A stretch of 64,000 nucleotides of DNA from Octopus sinensis (taxonomy: Eukaryota), in the NCBI RefSeq assembly GCF_006345805.1, contig NC_043004.1:85870001-85934000 (forward strand). The letters run 5' to 3'. Under the pieces are notes generated by a model. The model worked only from the letters and a program-made list of their open reading frames with translations. It did not search any database and was not told the DNA's origin. Both the position numbers and the translations under genes were made by a program. Within the stretch, counting starts at the first letter, position 1. Every line of letters begins with the position of its first letter. This document shows positions 1-12,639 of the stretch, piece by piece.

Positions 1-96
1 AGAAAGAGAGATACAAATATAGAGAAAGATAAAGAGAGATACAGAGAGAGAGAGAGAGAGAGAAATATAGGGATAAATAGAGAGATACAGAGATAG

Positions 97-185
<89 letters not shown>

Positions 186-360
186 CAGAGAGTGAAAAAT
201 AGTTGTACATACGTCTGAGCGACAGACAGACAGATAGACAGAGAGGAAAAATAAGCGAGGGATTGATAGATCGGGAGACCGAATGGTGATGAGCAAGTAA
301 AGAGATAGAGTAACAGAGAGAGCGAGAGAAAGAGAGAAAGAGAGAGAGAGAGAGGCTGAG
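1..360. repeat. (AG)n / AG-rich microsatellite
   Basis: Long perfect AGAG run at ~95-180 with AG-rich flanks. Confidence 0.95.
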
Positions 361-630
361 AGATGTCTGTCTTGGCACATGTGTAACAAAACACACACAT
401 ACACACATACACATACACATACACGCAGTTATACATAGGCTAACACTTCATAGTCGCATATTTTCGAAAATATTTGTACACGCGCGTGCATACAGGAAAA
501 ATGCACCAGAGATGTGCCGTGCAAATGCAGAGGATACTTGCAGACACACATGTGGCTTAATTTACAAAGACACACGCAAATATAGCAATACAATTCACAA
601 TCGCACAAACCCATAAATACATACACACAA

Positions 631-663
<33 letters not shown>

Positions 664-695
664 AATATAAAATATACATATATAATATATAAAAG

Positions 696-781
<86 letters not shown>

Positions 782-1188
782 ACACGTTTTATAAAGGAGT
801 AAGTCGCGCATACATATATATATATACACGAGCACAGGTCGATATTTTAAGCACACGCGAAATTTTGCACGCGTGATTATAACTATAGTACATATATATA
901 CGTACATACATATATATATATATATTTATATATATATATAATATAATATATATATATACATACATACATACATACATACACATATATATATATACTAGCA
1001 AAACACAACAGTTCATTCACATTAAGTTGTAAGTATATAAGCGTACATACATACATACATACGTACGTACATACATTTTACGAAAGCAAAGATTAAACAG
1101 AAAGTTACACGTAGAACTCAGTGAAATATACACATTCACACTCTCTCACACACACACACACACGTGCATACGCATACACACACGTTTG

Positions 1189-1219
<31 letters not shown>

Positions 1220-1310
1220 TTTATATATATGCGATCTTCTATCTATCAGTGCATATGTATGTGTGTATGTGTAAACATACACACACGCACACATTGTACT
1301 TCGGACGACA

Positions 1311-1401
1311 ATGCTGTCGACTTTACAAAACAAAAGGAATTATGGAATGCTTTACCTGTTCATGATCTGTTTCAAATGTTTCACACCTGCCTCAGTCCTC
1401 G
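1311..1401 (+). CDS. Candidate signal-peptide-like first coding exon (MLSTLQNKRNYGMLYLFMICFKCFTPASVL-G), unverified
   Basis: ATG at 1311, 30 open codons plus 1 nt, then G|GTAAGT donor at 1402 (phase 1); basic then hydrophobic segment. No partner exon identified. Confidence 0.22.
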
Positions 1402-1581
1402 GTAAGTTTGTATAATATAATATCTACATAAGTGTATATGTAAGCGTGTGTCTGTGTGTATATGAATATGTTTTCTGTGTGTGTGTGTATATATATATAC
1501 ATACATACATACATATATATATATATAATATATATATATATATACATGCGGGTGTGCGTTTCTCTGCGTGTGTGTGTATAT

Positions 1582-1614
<33 letters not shown>

Positions 1615-1769
1615 CATGCGTGTGTGTGTGTATGTATATGTGTGTGAGTGTAAGCACACATGTTTTTCAAATTTATCTTTTAAATGTGTGTTTTTTGTTA
1701 AAGGAAACTGTTACAATGCGTTAATGCAGCGTTATTGCCGTTTTGCCGGCATACCTTTGTATAGCGTTC

Positions 1770-1887
<118 letters not shown>

Positions 1888-1984
1888 TAGTTGTATACTG
1901 CTTTCATATTATATATAAGTATAAATATATATAAATACTTTTCTACTTGGTGGTTGTCTGAAGTATAACAGATAAATAGTTAGA

Positions 1985-2023
1985 CGGATAGATAGATAGA
2001 TAGATACATAGATAGATAGATAC

Positions 2024-2106
<83 letters not shown>

Positions 2107-2107
2107 C

Positions 2108-2155
<48 letters not shown>
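1985..2155. repeat. (AGAT)n microsatellite
   Basis: About 40 near-perfect GATA units. Confidence 0.97.
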
Positions 2156-2156
<1 letters not shown>

Positions 2157-2254
2157 TGTTTTTTATACATAAGTATGAGTATATATATGTATGTATGTAT
2201 ATATATATAGGTATTTATATATATATACAGAGAGAGATATATATATATTTATAG

Positions 2255-2285
<31 letters not shown>

Positions 2286-2568
2286 AACACACGTGTGTAT
2301 GTGTATGTGTGTGTGTGTGTGTGTGTTTCTCTGTGTGTGTTGTATATATGTGTGTATTGTAACTTAAATATTTACATTCATATAGATTTCTGAACCTGTA
2401 CGCGCGTATGGATGTATACACACATACATTTTTACGCTTGTAAATACACGCACATACATGTGCATACACACACACACACACATCTATATGTGTAAAACAT
2501 ACATTCACACATACCCTGTTATTCATATACTCATATGAATGTGTGTGTGTGTGTGTGTGTGTGTGTGT

Positions 2569-2599
<31 letters not shown>

Positions 2600-2639
2600 T
2601 GTGTCTGTTTTGCACTAAAATTCAAATGTAACGATCGTG

Positions 2640-3002
2640 ATCATTCTCGTGTTTTATCAGCATCACTATCATCATCATCATCACCATCATCATCATCATC
2701 GCCGTCATCACTATCCGTACCGGCAGCAGGAGCAGCATCGACAATAACATCAGCATCATCATCATCGTGATGCACATCGTCGATCGTCGTCGTCGCCGTC
2801 GTCACTATTTTTACTGTTTTCTCCCTCTTTTTCGCCATCACCACCATCATCATCATCATCATCATCGTCGTCGTCGTGAATACTTCCAACATCATCTTTA
2901 TCATCATCGTCGTCATCACCACCATCATCATCATCATCATCTTCATTACTGTTATCACCGTCGTCATTCTCATCGTCATTATCATCATCATCATCATCAT
3001 CG
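2640..3002. repeat. (CAT/CGT)n compound trinucleotide microsatellite
   Basis: CAT/CGT/CAC triplets; source of the poly-His/Asp/Met ORFs in the track. Confidence 0.9.
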
Positions 3003-3373
3003 TGTAAAACAGAAGATAAGTACCGGACCCTCATGCCTCACATTACGAACTTCATTCGGAATACGTTGAAATACAAGTCGAAATGTCAGGGTCGTTGGAA
3101 CAACCGTGTCCAACTCACATGTCAGACATTCATATAATAATCATCATCATCATCATCATCATCATCTTTGTCGTTGTTGTCAGCCCTTATCTATCTCAGA
3201 TAAAAATCACTTTTTCAAACTCTTGCAAATCGATCCATCGAGCCAGCCATAACATGGTCGGTGCAAATGCTAGAAATGGCAGTTGAGTTACCTCGAATCA
3301 CACGTTACGCTTCTTCACAATTTGCGTGCGACACGCTGGAGTGGATAGTACAGTGAATACACACACACATATG

Positions 3374-3430
<57 letters not shown>

Positions 3431-3437
3431 CACTCAC

Positions 3438-3474
<37 letters not shown>

Positions 3475-3565
3475 TATATATATTACATACATACATACAT
3501 ACATACATATGTGTGTGTGTTTATGTGTATGTACGTACGTGTTTGTTCCTGTGTGTGTATGTATG

Positions 3566-3618
<53 letters not shown>

Positions 3619-3859
3619 ATAAAGCATGCACACCACACACATATACTATACGGCTGCAGTTGGAATGAGTGTCTGCTCAGTGTTGTCTGACGTGGGGTTA
3701 AACAACACCACCAACAGCTCCGAATGTGTGTGAGATTTCTCTCGTTTGCAGAATCTCTTGTAGTTAAATTATCGGTAAACATTGTCAATTAGTAAATGGA
3801 AGATACGTGGTTCGAACCCCGTGAAGAAACATCGATGTTGTTGTTTTTTTTTTACTCTG

Positions 3860-4490
3860 TGCGGCGAAATCTTGAATCCATCAGTGTCGGATAAATTGTC
3901 TTGCGGTATTTGTTCCGGCTTTTTACCTTGTGCGTTCTATCCCAGCCGGGATCATTTTCACCGTTGTCCTTTTCAGAGGTCAATAAAATATACAACGGGT
4001 TCACTACTGGGAATGGTGTAATCGTCTCGTCCCCCTCCCCTCAAAACTATTGGCCTTCTCCCAAAATTTAAATGAAAGCCGAGATAAACACTTAGCGGCA
4101 TTTCGACAGTTTTTACATTCAGAGTTCAAATTCCACCGAGGTCGACTTTGCCTTTTGTCCTTTCGGGATCGATAAATTAAGTACCGGTGCGTGCTGGGGT
4201 CGATGTAATCGACTAGTCCTCTTCCCACAAATTTCAGGCTTTGTGCCTTACTAGAAAGTATTATTATTATTATTATTATTACTGGAAGAATCGTTAGAGC
4301 ATCGAACAAAATTGCCTAGCGGCATTTGTTCCGGTTCTGTACGTTATGGATTCAAAATTTGCCGGGGTCGACTTTGCCTTTCATTCCTCCAGGTAGATAA
4401 AATAATGTACCCGTTATTTACAAGGATTGATGTAGTCTGACCCCTAAATCTAATATTGCTGCCCTTGTATCAAAATTAGAAAGCGTTATT
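3860..4490 (+). mobile_element. Head-to-tail array of three tRNA-derived SINEs (family A/B body, B-type tail)
   Basis: Repeated body GAGTTCAAATTCC...GGTCGACTTTGCCTTT...GGGGTCGATGTAATCGAC, ending AATTTCAGGCTTTGTGCC. Confidence 0.85.
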
Positions 4491-5029
4491 TATGCTTTTT
4501 ATGACAGCGTCTATCTTGGAATACAATGTCCAGTATGTCTCCTTAGTTTCTTCTCTTAAGCCACTAAGATTGTGATTTGCGGGATATATATGGCTACTAT
4601 TTCTAGCACACCACGCGGCCACGTAGAAATCCACTTGATATTTCATGTTTTATTATATCTGGATGAGAATTGGGCTTTTTTCGTTTTTTCTTTTTGAATT
4701 TTTTGGGCGTTTTTTTTCTGGTTATTTTTTTTTTTACTTTTGTCGTTGAAGTTCTGTGAATCAAACGTAATTCACCTGCAACAATGCAGGCTTCGATTCG
4801 CTTCCCAGTCGTAGCTATCTCACTTCAGTTTACATCGCGAAATATAACAGCGACAGAGAGAAAAAAGGAGAAATTCTTTACGATAAAATTTCCGGTTCCG
4901 TTGCTTACAGACGCAGACTTTGAACGAGTGGTCTCCTAACGCATTGCTTAAGGTTGCGATACGGTTTTAAATCCTACTCTGAATTATTCTCAATTTCTTT
5001 CCCCGCGTAGTCTCTGTTGTAGTTGTGTT

Positions 5030-5410
5030 GTGAAGAAGCATGCTTTGAAATCGTGCGATTTCGAGTTTGGTCACATTGCACGGGACTTTGGGAAGCCTCT
5101 TTTACTATACCCACGGGTTGTCCAATGCCTTGTGAGTGAATTTGGTCGATAGAAATTGTATAGAAGCCGGTTGTATAAAGTGTGAGAACACGTACGCATG
5201 TGTGTGTGTGCATGTTTGGGTTTGTCTTCTACTACCACTTGAAAACCGGTGTCACTTTCTTTATGTACATGTGACTTAGCGATTTAGCAAATTAGATCGA
5301 TAGAATTAGTAACGGACGCAAAAGTGTACGTACTAGCGTCCTTTTGCTAGAGTAAAACATTTCAATGCGACGCCCCAGCATGGCCGCAGTCCAGTGAAGT
5401 AAAAGATATA
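5030..5410 (+). mobile_element. Diverged SINE family C copy with internal CA/TA tract
   Basis: Matches 55855-56285: GCCTTGTGAGTGAATTTGG...AGAAGCC and 3' CCAGCATGGCCGCAGTC. Confidence 0.7.
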
Positions 5411-5756
5411 ATGACATCGTAAAAGCTATGGAAGTACCATGTGAGATTTTCTGTCCTCCACAATCATTTGAAACCAAAATAAAAGAATAAAAGATAAGCA
5501 ACTGTGAAGAGCAATCAATCCACGATCGTTATTGTATTGATATTTTAGTTAAGTTGCACTTAAGTTGTGTTATTTAAAGTTTTACCGAAGAATCTAGAAG
5601 CCACAACTTGTTCAGTTCCCGCTAAATTCTCTGGTGTTACACCACATGATGGAACTTTTTCGTGGCCATTCCCTTTACTAGATATAGCACCCATATTTCA
5701 TTTACAAGGCACACATTTTTAACGTCTTTAAAAATAATAGTGTTGGTTGTGTTTGC

Positions 5757-5980
5757 AATCCCTTTTGAACGGGATGGACTGCCCGAAATGAAGAAAACTC
5801 TAAACGGGCCCCCATCTGTAAGGTCATGTGCTGTTTATCTTGATATGTGACCAGCATGTTGCACACATATATTTGTGACGCATGTGCCTGTTGTGCCCTT
5901 ATCAGACATGTAAACATGATGAGTAAACTGGGCTTCGTATATTGTACCGCTGTGTCACTTTCATGACATGAATTCACTCA
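5757..5980 (+). mobile_element. Family M (TAA-flanked repeat), 3' part
   Basis: Aligns by eye with 22650-22874 (GCTGTTTATCTTGATATG...CTGGGCTTC...GTGTCACTTT); followed by (TAA)n. Confidence 0.8.
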
Positions 5981-5982
5981 GA

Positions 5983-6024
<42 letters not shown>

Positions 6025-6043
6025 TCTGCTCAATACCACAGAT

Positions 6044-6358
6044 ATTTACATTATTTACATTTGACGGATATTTGTCCTCATCTTGTTTGTTGTTAACACA
6101 ACGTTTCGGCTGATATATCCTCCAGCCTTAATCAGGTGTCTTGGGGAAATTTGGAACCTGGGATTTTATTCCTAAGATATTTTTCGATATTATTATTATT
6201 ATTAGTATTATTATCATTATTATTATTATTATTATTATAATTATTATTATTATTCCTGGAAAAGAATTCGGAATATTGGGGTTAGTAGCCCGCGCTCTTA
6301 ACCACTATGCCATATGTAAATAATGTACATCATGTACATAATTCCTCATCTCTTAAAT
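6044..6358 (-). mobile_element. Family F: tRNA-headed SINE carrying a hammerhead motif, with 11-bp TSD
   Basis: TSD ATACCACAGAT at 6033-6043 and 6359-6369; A-box TGGCATAGTGG (6312-6302, minus), internal (AAT)n, hammerhead at 6140-6095. Confidence 0.8.
6095..6140 (-). ncRNA. Minimal type I hammerhead ribozyme motif, family F (this copy G8->T)
   Basis: GACAC-CTGATTA-A-GGCTG-gaggatatat-CAGCC-GAA-ACGT-T-GTGTT. Confidence 0.75.
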
Positions 6359-6745
6359 ATACCACAGATTTGCTTTGTCAGTTGTTTGACCTAAACCAGT
6401 TGAGAGTGTCCTTTGGTGGCTGACAATTTGTGCATCTCTGATTAGGAGCAGAAGTAGTGGAGGAGAATCACAGCCATATGTTGAGAGTGATTCTTTGGGG
6501 TTTGAATAATTCACCTCTGGAAACATGGGTGTCTCGTTCAACATCCCTGAAGAACCCTTATTGAAGGACCATTTGAGCGGGATGGGCTACCCGACCTGAA
6601 GATATGAGATCACGATGTCGCGCACATATTGTTGTGATGCATGAACCTTGTGTACCCTTATCGGACTGGTAGTCACGATGGGTATATTGGGCTTCGTATA
6701 TTTTATCCCAGTGTCACTTAGATGGCATGCACATTTCTCTCACTC
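6359..6745 (+). mobile_element. Family M copy (starts ~6024, interrupted by family F)
   Basis: Aligns with 22450-22874; ends CACTCAATAATAAC. Confidence 0.85.
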
Positions 6746-7075
6746 AATAATAACAATAATAGTAATAAAACGGATGGTCAAGAACGGAACACGTTTCACT
6801 ATAGGTCTATACTTTGAAGAGGTATACGACTTTTGTAAAGAATAGGATCAACTAAGAATTGGTATTTATATACTGTTTGGAAGATTCACTTTCGATTCCC
6901 TGACAAACTCATTTTATTTCTTTGGCGCTCTTATCACTTTTCTCCTATTTTTTAGTATATTTCTGCAGGAATATACAGACTTGGAAAATAATGAAGAGTT
7001 TAATAAAATAACTTTGAAATTTACAAGCTGGTGTCTGGAAGAATCTACCAAAGAATTTCGATAGGATGTTTTAAT

Positions 7076-7270
7076 TTACGGAGATGTACTTCCATAGCAT
7101 GTGACCTGATCTGAGATCGTGTGTTTGAACGAAAATAATTGCAGCGCGAGAGGTGTTTATAAGCCATTTAAAAACACAGAAAAACTTTTATATTCACTTC
7201 AACATCTAAATTTAATTTGCCAAAATACTTTCGTCGCTTTGAGACGGCGACCTGTTCACAGACAGAATTT
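7076..7270 (-). mobile_element. Family D copy with G3-C8 hammerhead motif (7216-7266)
   Basis: Matches 18941-19135; minus strand GTGAACA-G-GTCGC-cgtctcaaa-GCGAC-GAA-AGTATT-T-TGGCAAA. Confidence 0.8.
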
Positions 7271-8169
7271 TGTTTAATTTAGTTCACTTTAAAACTGGAA
7301 GTTGGTATCATGAAACCAAGGTCCAGTTTCGGGTGATTTTTGTATTAAAAAGATCAAGGAAGGCAGGAATTGTTCATTTTCAAAATTTGGCCCCTATACT
7401 TAAGAGAAACATTTCGGTTTACAAATTGTTTTTAAGAGACTGCTAACATTTTTGCAAAAGATTCTCCGTAAATATAACAAGAAATTAGTTTTAGATTCGG
7501 TAGGAAATAAACTCTACGAACTTTCCAAACGCTTCCATCTTAAAATGCGAGACTTCGTGTCTGCGTAAGAAATATTTACGGAACACTCAAATTATTCGAC
7601 TTATTTTCACTTAGTAAATGGAGATGCGATTTTCGGATGTAACCACTTCCATAAGAAAAGACCCGGCGCTGAATCCTTGTCCTTTTAATACTACTCGTCG
7701 GTGTCGTTGTTCTTTCATCATAGATGAGACAAGCATATGATCAAAGACGCTCCAACCATGATTATAAAGCATTGTCATATTAACACTGAACATAACTGTC
7801 ATTATTGTTTAACCGACGGTCATCTTTAATGAAACAGATATATAAGGAAGGATGTTCCAGCTTTGACTATCCTACATTGTATTAACTGCCTATTGCTGGC
7901 GTTGCGTTTGTTGTTTAACCCAAGTAAGAGATGAGCCTTAATGTAACAGGCATTCAATAAAGGTCGTTGAAGCTTTGAACATCATATATTTTTCTATATA
8001 AGGGACAAGACTCTCATTGTGTCCTTTATTGCAGATGTGCGAAACATTCCTTGACTATAAATGTTTATGTTCCAATTAAAAAAAAAATAGCCAAGTACTG
8101 AGTTAAAACTTTAATCAATTATTTATTTCCTATTTGCAATTTCTGTTCTAATACTTAAACTAGAAACAT

Positions 8170-9000
8170 TATTACGTTAGCAGTGGATTTGCAGAATTAC
8201 TTTTGAAAACATTACATCGCAATAATTTCTGTGATCAAATCCCACCAGGTCAGATCTGCATTTCATCCTTTCCGAGTCCATAACATAAAGTGCCAATGAA
8301 ATACTTGGGTTGAGCGTATCATATCACCTCTTCCCACGTAATTGCTGATCTATATCAGAAACTATTATTACTGGCAGAAACGTTAGCACGCCGGGCGAAA
8401 TGCGTATTTCGTCTGCCGTTACGTTGTGAGTTCAAATTCCGCCGAGGTCGACTTTGCCTTTCATCCTTTCTGGTTCGATTAAACAAATACCAGTTATGCG
8501 CTGGGGTCGATGTAATCGAATTAATTCTATCCCCCAAATTTGAGGCCATGTGCTTCCAATAGAAAGGATTATTTAAGGCGGCGAGCTAGCAGACTGGTTA
8601 TCAGACGGGTTAAATGCTTAGGAGTATTTTGCCCGTTGCTACGTTCTGAGTTCAAATTCCGCCGAGGTCGACTTTGCGTTTCATCCTTTCGGGGTCGATA
8701 AATTAAGTATCAGTTGAACACTGGGGTCGATGTAATCGACACATTCCCTCCTCCAAAATGGCTGCCCTTGTGGCAAAATTTGAAACCCTCATTATTTATA
8801 TAGAGGTGATCTTACGAAATGATTAGTTTTGGATTTTCATGTTTCGAGTTCAAATCTCGCCATGGTAAACTATACTTTCCATATTTCCATGTTTGATTAC
8901 ATAACGTCTAGTTATGAACTTCCTGGTGTTCAGATCGCTCTGGAATCAACTTGGGGTCAACTTTGCTTTTCATCTTTTCGGGGTAGATAAAACAAAGATT
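8170..9000 (+). mobile_element. Array of four or more family A/B SINEs
   Basis: Clear copies at ~8370-8570 and ~8575-8795, plus diverged or partial ones. Confidence 0.85.
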
Positions 9001-9128
9001 TAATAAATAAAAAAAATAAAAAACGAAAAAAATCCATTGAAGTATTAAGGGCGATGATATTAACAAAGCTCCTTCCCTGAAAACTACCGATCTTGTGCCT
9101 AAATTAGTAACCATTATTAGAAATTATA

Positions 9129-9250
9129 TTATTTTCTACTCTAGGCACAAGGCCCGAAATTTTTGTGGAGAGGGCCTGTCGATTAGATTGACACCAGAAC
9201 GCAATTGGTTCCTAATTTTTCGACTCCGAAATGATGAAAGGCAAAGACGA
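9129..9250 (-). mobile_element. Family B SINE 3' half
   Basis: TTTTCTACTCTAGGCACAAGGCCCGAAATTT is the reverse complement of the B tail. Confidence 0.8.
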
Positions 9251-9864
9251 AATTATAACGTAGTGATAACATCACTTTACGTTCTGAATTTAAACATTTT
9301 AATAATAATATCGACTTTGGTTTTGGTCCTTCTCGCGATTAGTAAGATCAAGAATAAGGTAACTCACCATTGGAGAATGTTCGCTCTGCTCTTGATTTTC
9401 TACAGGTGTTGCCTTGTAAGGGTGTCAATGAACCATTAACAATATTAATCACATTAGTCTCAGAGGGCTTGCACATACAATGGGTACTTCCGCTTCCTTT
9501 GAACCTAGTAACTAATGAAAAAAATAAGAGAATAAATATAAATAGATCTCATTTTTGAGACATGATTTAATTGGTTCAATCCATTCCATCAACTTGCTTA
9601 AAGTAGTTTCAAAAGTTTTTTTATGTAAGCTTTTTCCCAGTAGAAACTGATGAAAGAGTTTGAAATTAATCTTTATTTTCAATCATGATTTTATCAATCA
9701 TAACGTAGACCACAAAAATTTAACGATTGTCTTTAAGAATGGTAAAGTAATAAATCATATTCAAGTATGAAGGGTAGTTGTACCAAGTGCTTTATCCGTT
9801 ACCCCCGGCCCAGAAATATGAATCTTTTGCTTGGTTTAAAATTCTGTATTATTAGTATTGCATC

Positions 9865-10500
9865 TAACGCGGCGAGCTGGCAAAATTGTTAGCACGCCGG
9901 TCGAGGTGCTTAGTTGTATTCCGTTCGCCGCTACATTCTGGGTTCAAATTCCGCTGAGATCGAATTTGCCTTTCATCCTTCCCAGGTCGATGAAATAAGT
10001 ACCAGTTACGCACTGGAGTCGATATAATCGACTAGCCCACTTACCGAAAAAAATTTCAAGACCTTGTACCTAGAGTATAAATGATTATCAGTACTTCATC
10101 TCTTCCGATCTGAGTTCAAATTCCACCGTGGTTGACTTTGAATTTCATCTCTTTCAGCGTCGTTAAAATACAGTAGCAATTAAGTTCAGGGGTCAATGTA
10201 ATCGACTAACTCCTTCCCGCCAAATTTCAGGCGCAGTACCTATAACACAAAGAATTTTTATTAGCAATGCAAAGGCGGTTAGCTAACAGAATGGTTAGAA
10301 TGTCGCTCAAAATAGTTAACAGAATTTCTTCCGACTCTTTTACTTTCTAAGTTCAAATCCTGCCAGGGTTAACTTTGCTTTTTATTCTTCCGGGGTCGAT
10401 AAAATAAGGTACCAATCCAAACTAGGATCGATATAATCGATCAACACCCACCTAAAATTAGTGTTTTTGTGTCAAAATTTGAAATAATTATTATTTGTAT
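9865..10500 (+). mobile_element. Array of three family B SINEs
   Basis: GGCGAGCTGGCAAAATTGTTAGC head; repeated GTTCAAAT body and AAATTTCA-GCCTTGT tails. Confidence 0.85.
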
Positions 10501-10784
10501 TACAACAAAAATGGTTGATGTAAGACGAAACTGCATAACAACACTTAGATGTTTTCTAGGTTCTGAGTTATATCACGTCAAGTACCAGTAATATAATGTG
10601 TCGATTCATTAGGATATGCTTTCTTCTCTTAGGTTTTGCTTTGAGGCTAATGCAAAAATTTAATGTGATTGTGATCGAAAAACGATGGGAAGATAGAAAC
10701 GATAAGGATCCGTGTTGAGAACGACAGTCACCCTAAAAATTACAGGCGTTTGTCTAAATCAGAAACCAATATTATAAAGTGCGT

Positions 10785-10985
10785 GTTGTTGAGTGGGCAG
10801 AATCGTTAGCGGCATTTCTTCCAACTTTACGATGTGAGTTCAAATTCTGCCGGGGTCGGTTTTACATTTCGTGATTTCGGGGTCGATAAAATAAGTACAA
10901 GTTGAACACTTATATCTATGTACTCGACGTATCCCCTCCTTCGAAATTGCTGGCCTTATGCCAGTATTTGAAACCAATATTATGA
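10785..10985 (+). mobile_element. Family B SINE
   Basis: GGCAGAATCGTTAGC...GAGTTCAAATTCTGCC...GGCCTTATGCC. Confidence 0.8.
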
Positions 10986-10999
10986 AGTGGTTAAGGGCG

Positions 11000-11689
11000 G
11001 CTAGCTTGCACAATGTTTAGCACACGGAACAAAGTGTTTTGTTTCAGTTAATATTGGTTTCGCATTTTGGAACAAGGATAGCATGTTCGGGAAAGCGCGT
11101 AAGTCGATTATATCAACCCCGACCCCGAAAGGGAATCGATCCCGGTGGAATTTGAACTCAGAACGTAAAGACGGATGAAATGCCTCTAAGCATTTTGCCC
11201 GGCGTGCTAACCATTCTGTCAGCTTACCTATTTCTTTATTACCCACAAGGGGCTAAACACAGAAGGGACAAACAAGGACAGACATAGGCATTAAGTCGAT
11301 TACATCGACCCCAGTGCGTAACTGGTACTTAATTTATCGACCCCGAAAGGATGAAAGGCAAAGTCGACCTAGGCGGAATTTGAACTCATAACGTAACGAC
11401 AGGCGAAATACCGCTAAGCATTTCGCCCGACGTGTTAACGTTTCTGCCAGCTCACCGCCTTTGTTTTCTTTAATAATTTTTTCTTCTCTAGGCACAAAGC
11501 CCGAAATTTTGTGGGAGGGGACCAGTCAATTAGATCGACCCCAGTACGCAACTGTTAATTTATCGGTTCCGAAAGGATGAACAGCAAAGTCGACCACGGC
11601 GGCGGGATTTGAACTCAGAACGTAAAGACGGGCGAAATACCTCTAAGCATTTTGTCCGACTTGCTAACGACTCTGCCATCTTACCACCT
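11000..11689 (-). mobile_element. Three stacked SINEs (diverged, A-type 11229-11460, B-type 11475-11689)
   Basis: Reverse complements of A and B consensus; the B copy is flanked by TTGTTTTCTTTAAT at 11461-11474 and 11690-11703 (TSD). Confidence 0.9.
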
Positions 11690-12004
11690 TTGTTTTCTTT
11701 AATGTTAATGCTCTGAGAAGCCAAGAATAAACTAGGGTCACATATCCTATAATTCATTTATTGCAAGAGTTAGTGGTTTTATCCAAGTATCATGAAGAAG
11801 ATTAAAACTTCTGTTAATCGAAATTTAATGTTTAAGGTTATAGCAGTTTGGCGCTTTTATATATATCCATTTGGGAGATATGTTGTATGTTTTTAGTTAA
11901 ATTCCTGCCGAGGCCAATTCCGGGGACAATAAAATGGATGACTAGTCAAGTACCGGGATAGCTGTAATCCAATTGCCCTCCATCCCTGTAGGTCATGTCC
12001 ATGT

Positions 12005-12397
12005 TCTTTTATTCTATTATCCTTTTACTTATTTCAGTCATTTGACTGCAGCCATGCTGGAGCACCGCCTTTAGTCGAAAAAATCGACCCCAGGACTTAT
12101 TCTTTGTAAGCCTAGTACTTATTCTATCAATTTCCATTTGCCGAACTGCTAAGTTGCGGTGACGTAAACACACTAGCATCGGTTGTCAAGCGATGGTGGG
12201 GGACAAACACAAACACACATATATATATGTATACGACAGGCTTCTTTCAGTTTCCATCTGCCAAATCCACTCAAAAAGCTTTGGTCGGCCCGACGCAATA
12301 GTAGAAGGCGTTTGCCTAAGGTGCCACGCAGTAGGACTGAACCCGGAACCGTGTGGGTTGTTAACAAGCTACTTACCACACAGCCACTCCTGCGCCT
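12005..12397 (-). mobile_element. SINE family C, near full length
   Basis: Reverse complement of 55855-56285 (CCACACAGCCACTCCTGCGCC head). Confidence 0.9.
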
Positions 12398-12639
12398 ATT
12401 GGTAAGGCATATTGTAAGAGCGATAATGTTGTTGACTAGCAGTACTGTTATACATCGAATAAAAACGCTTAGCGCATTCAGAGTTTGACTCCGACGAAGA
12501 TCATCTTTGCCCCTCGGCCTCATGGGATCAATAGAATGAAGTACCAATGAAGTATTGGTATCGATTTAATTAAGTGGTCTCTCCCTGAAATTTCTAACAA
12601 GCTTTGGGTTTATGATAGAAATCTTATAAAGATGGCCGC

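Noticed and set aside
2641-3069. Poly-His / poly-Asp / poly-Met ORFs
   Set aside because: All frames of one (CAT)n tract; no flanking coding context or splice support.
7270-7900. Autonomous Penelope RT / GIY-YIG ORF next to family D
   Set aside because: No recognisable RT or GIY-YIG motif found by eye here or elsewhere, so the PLE link rests on motif architecture only.
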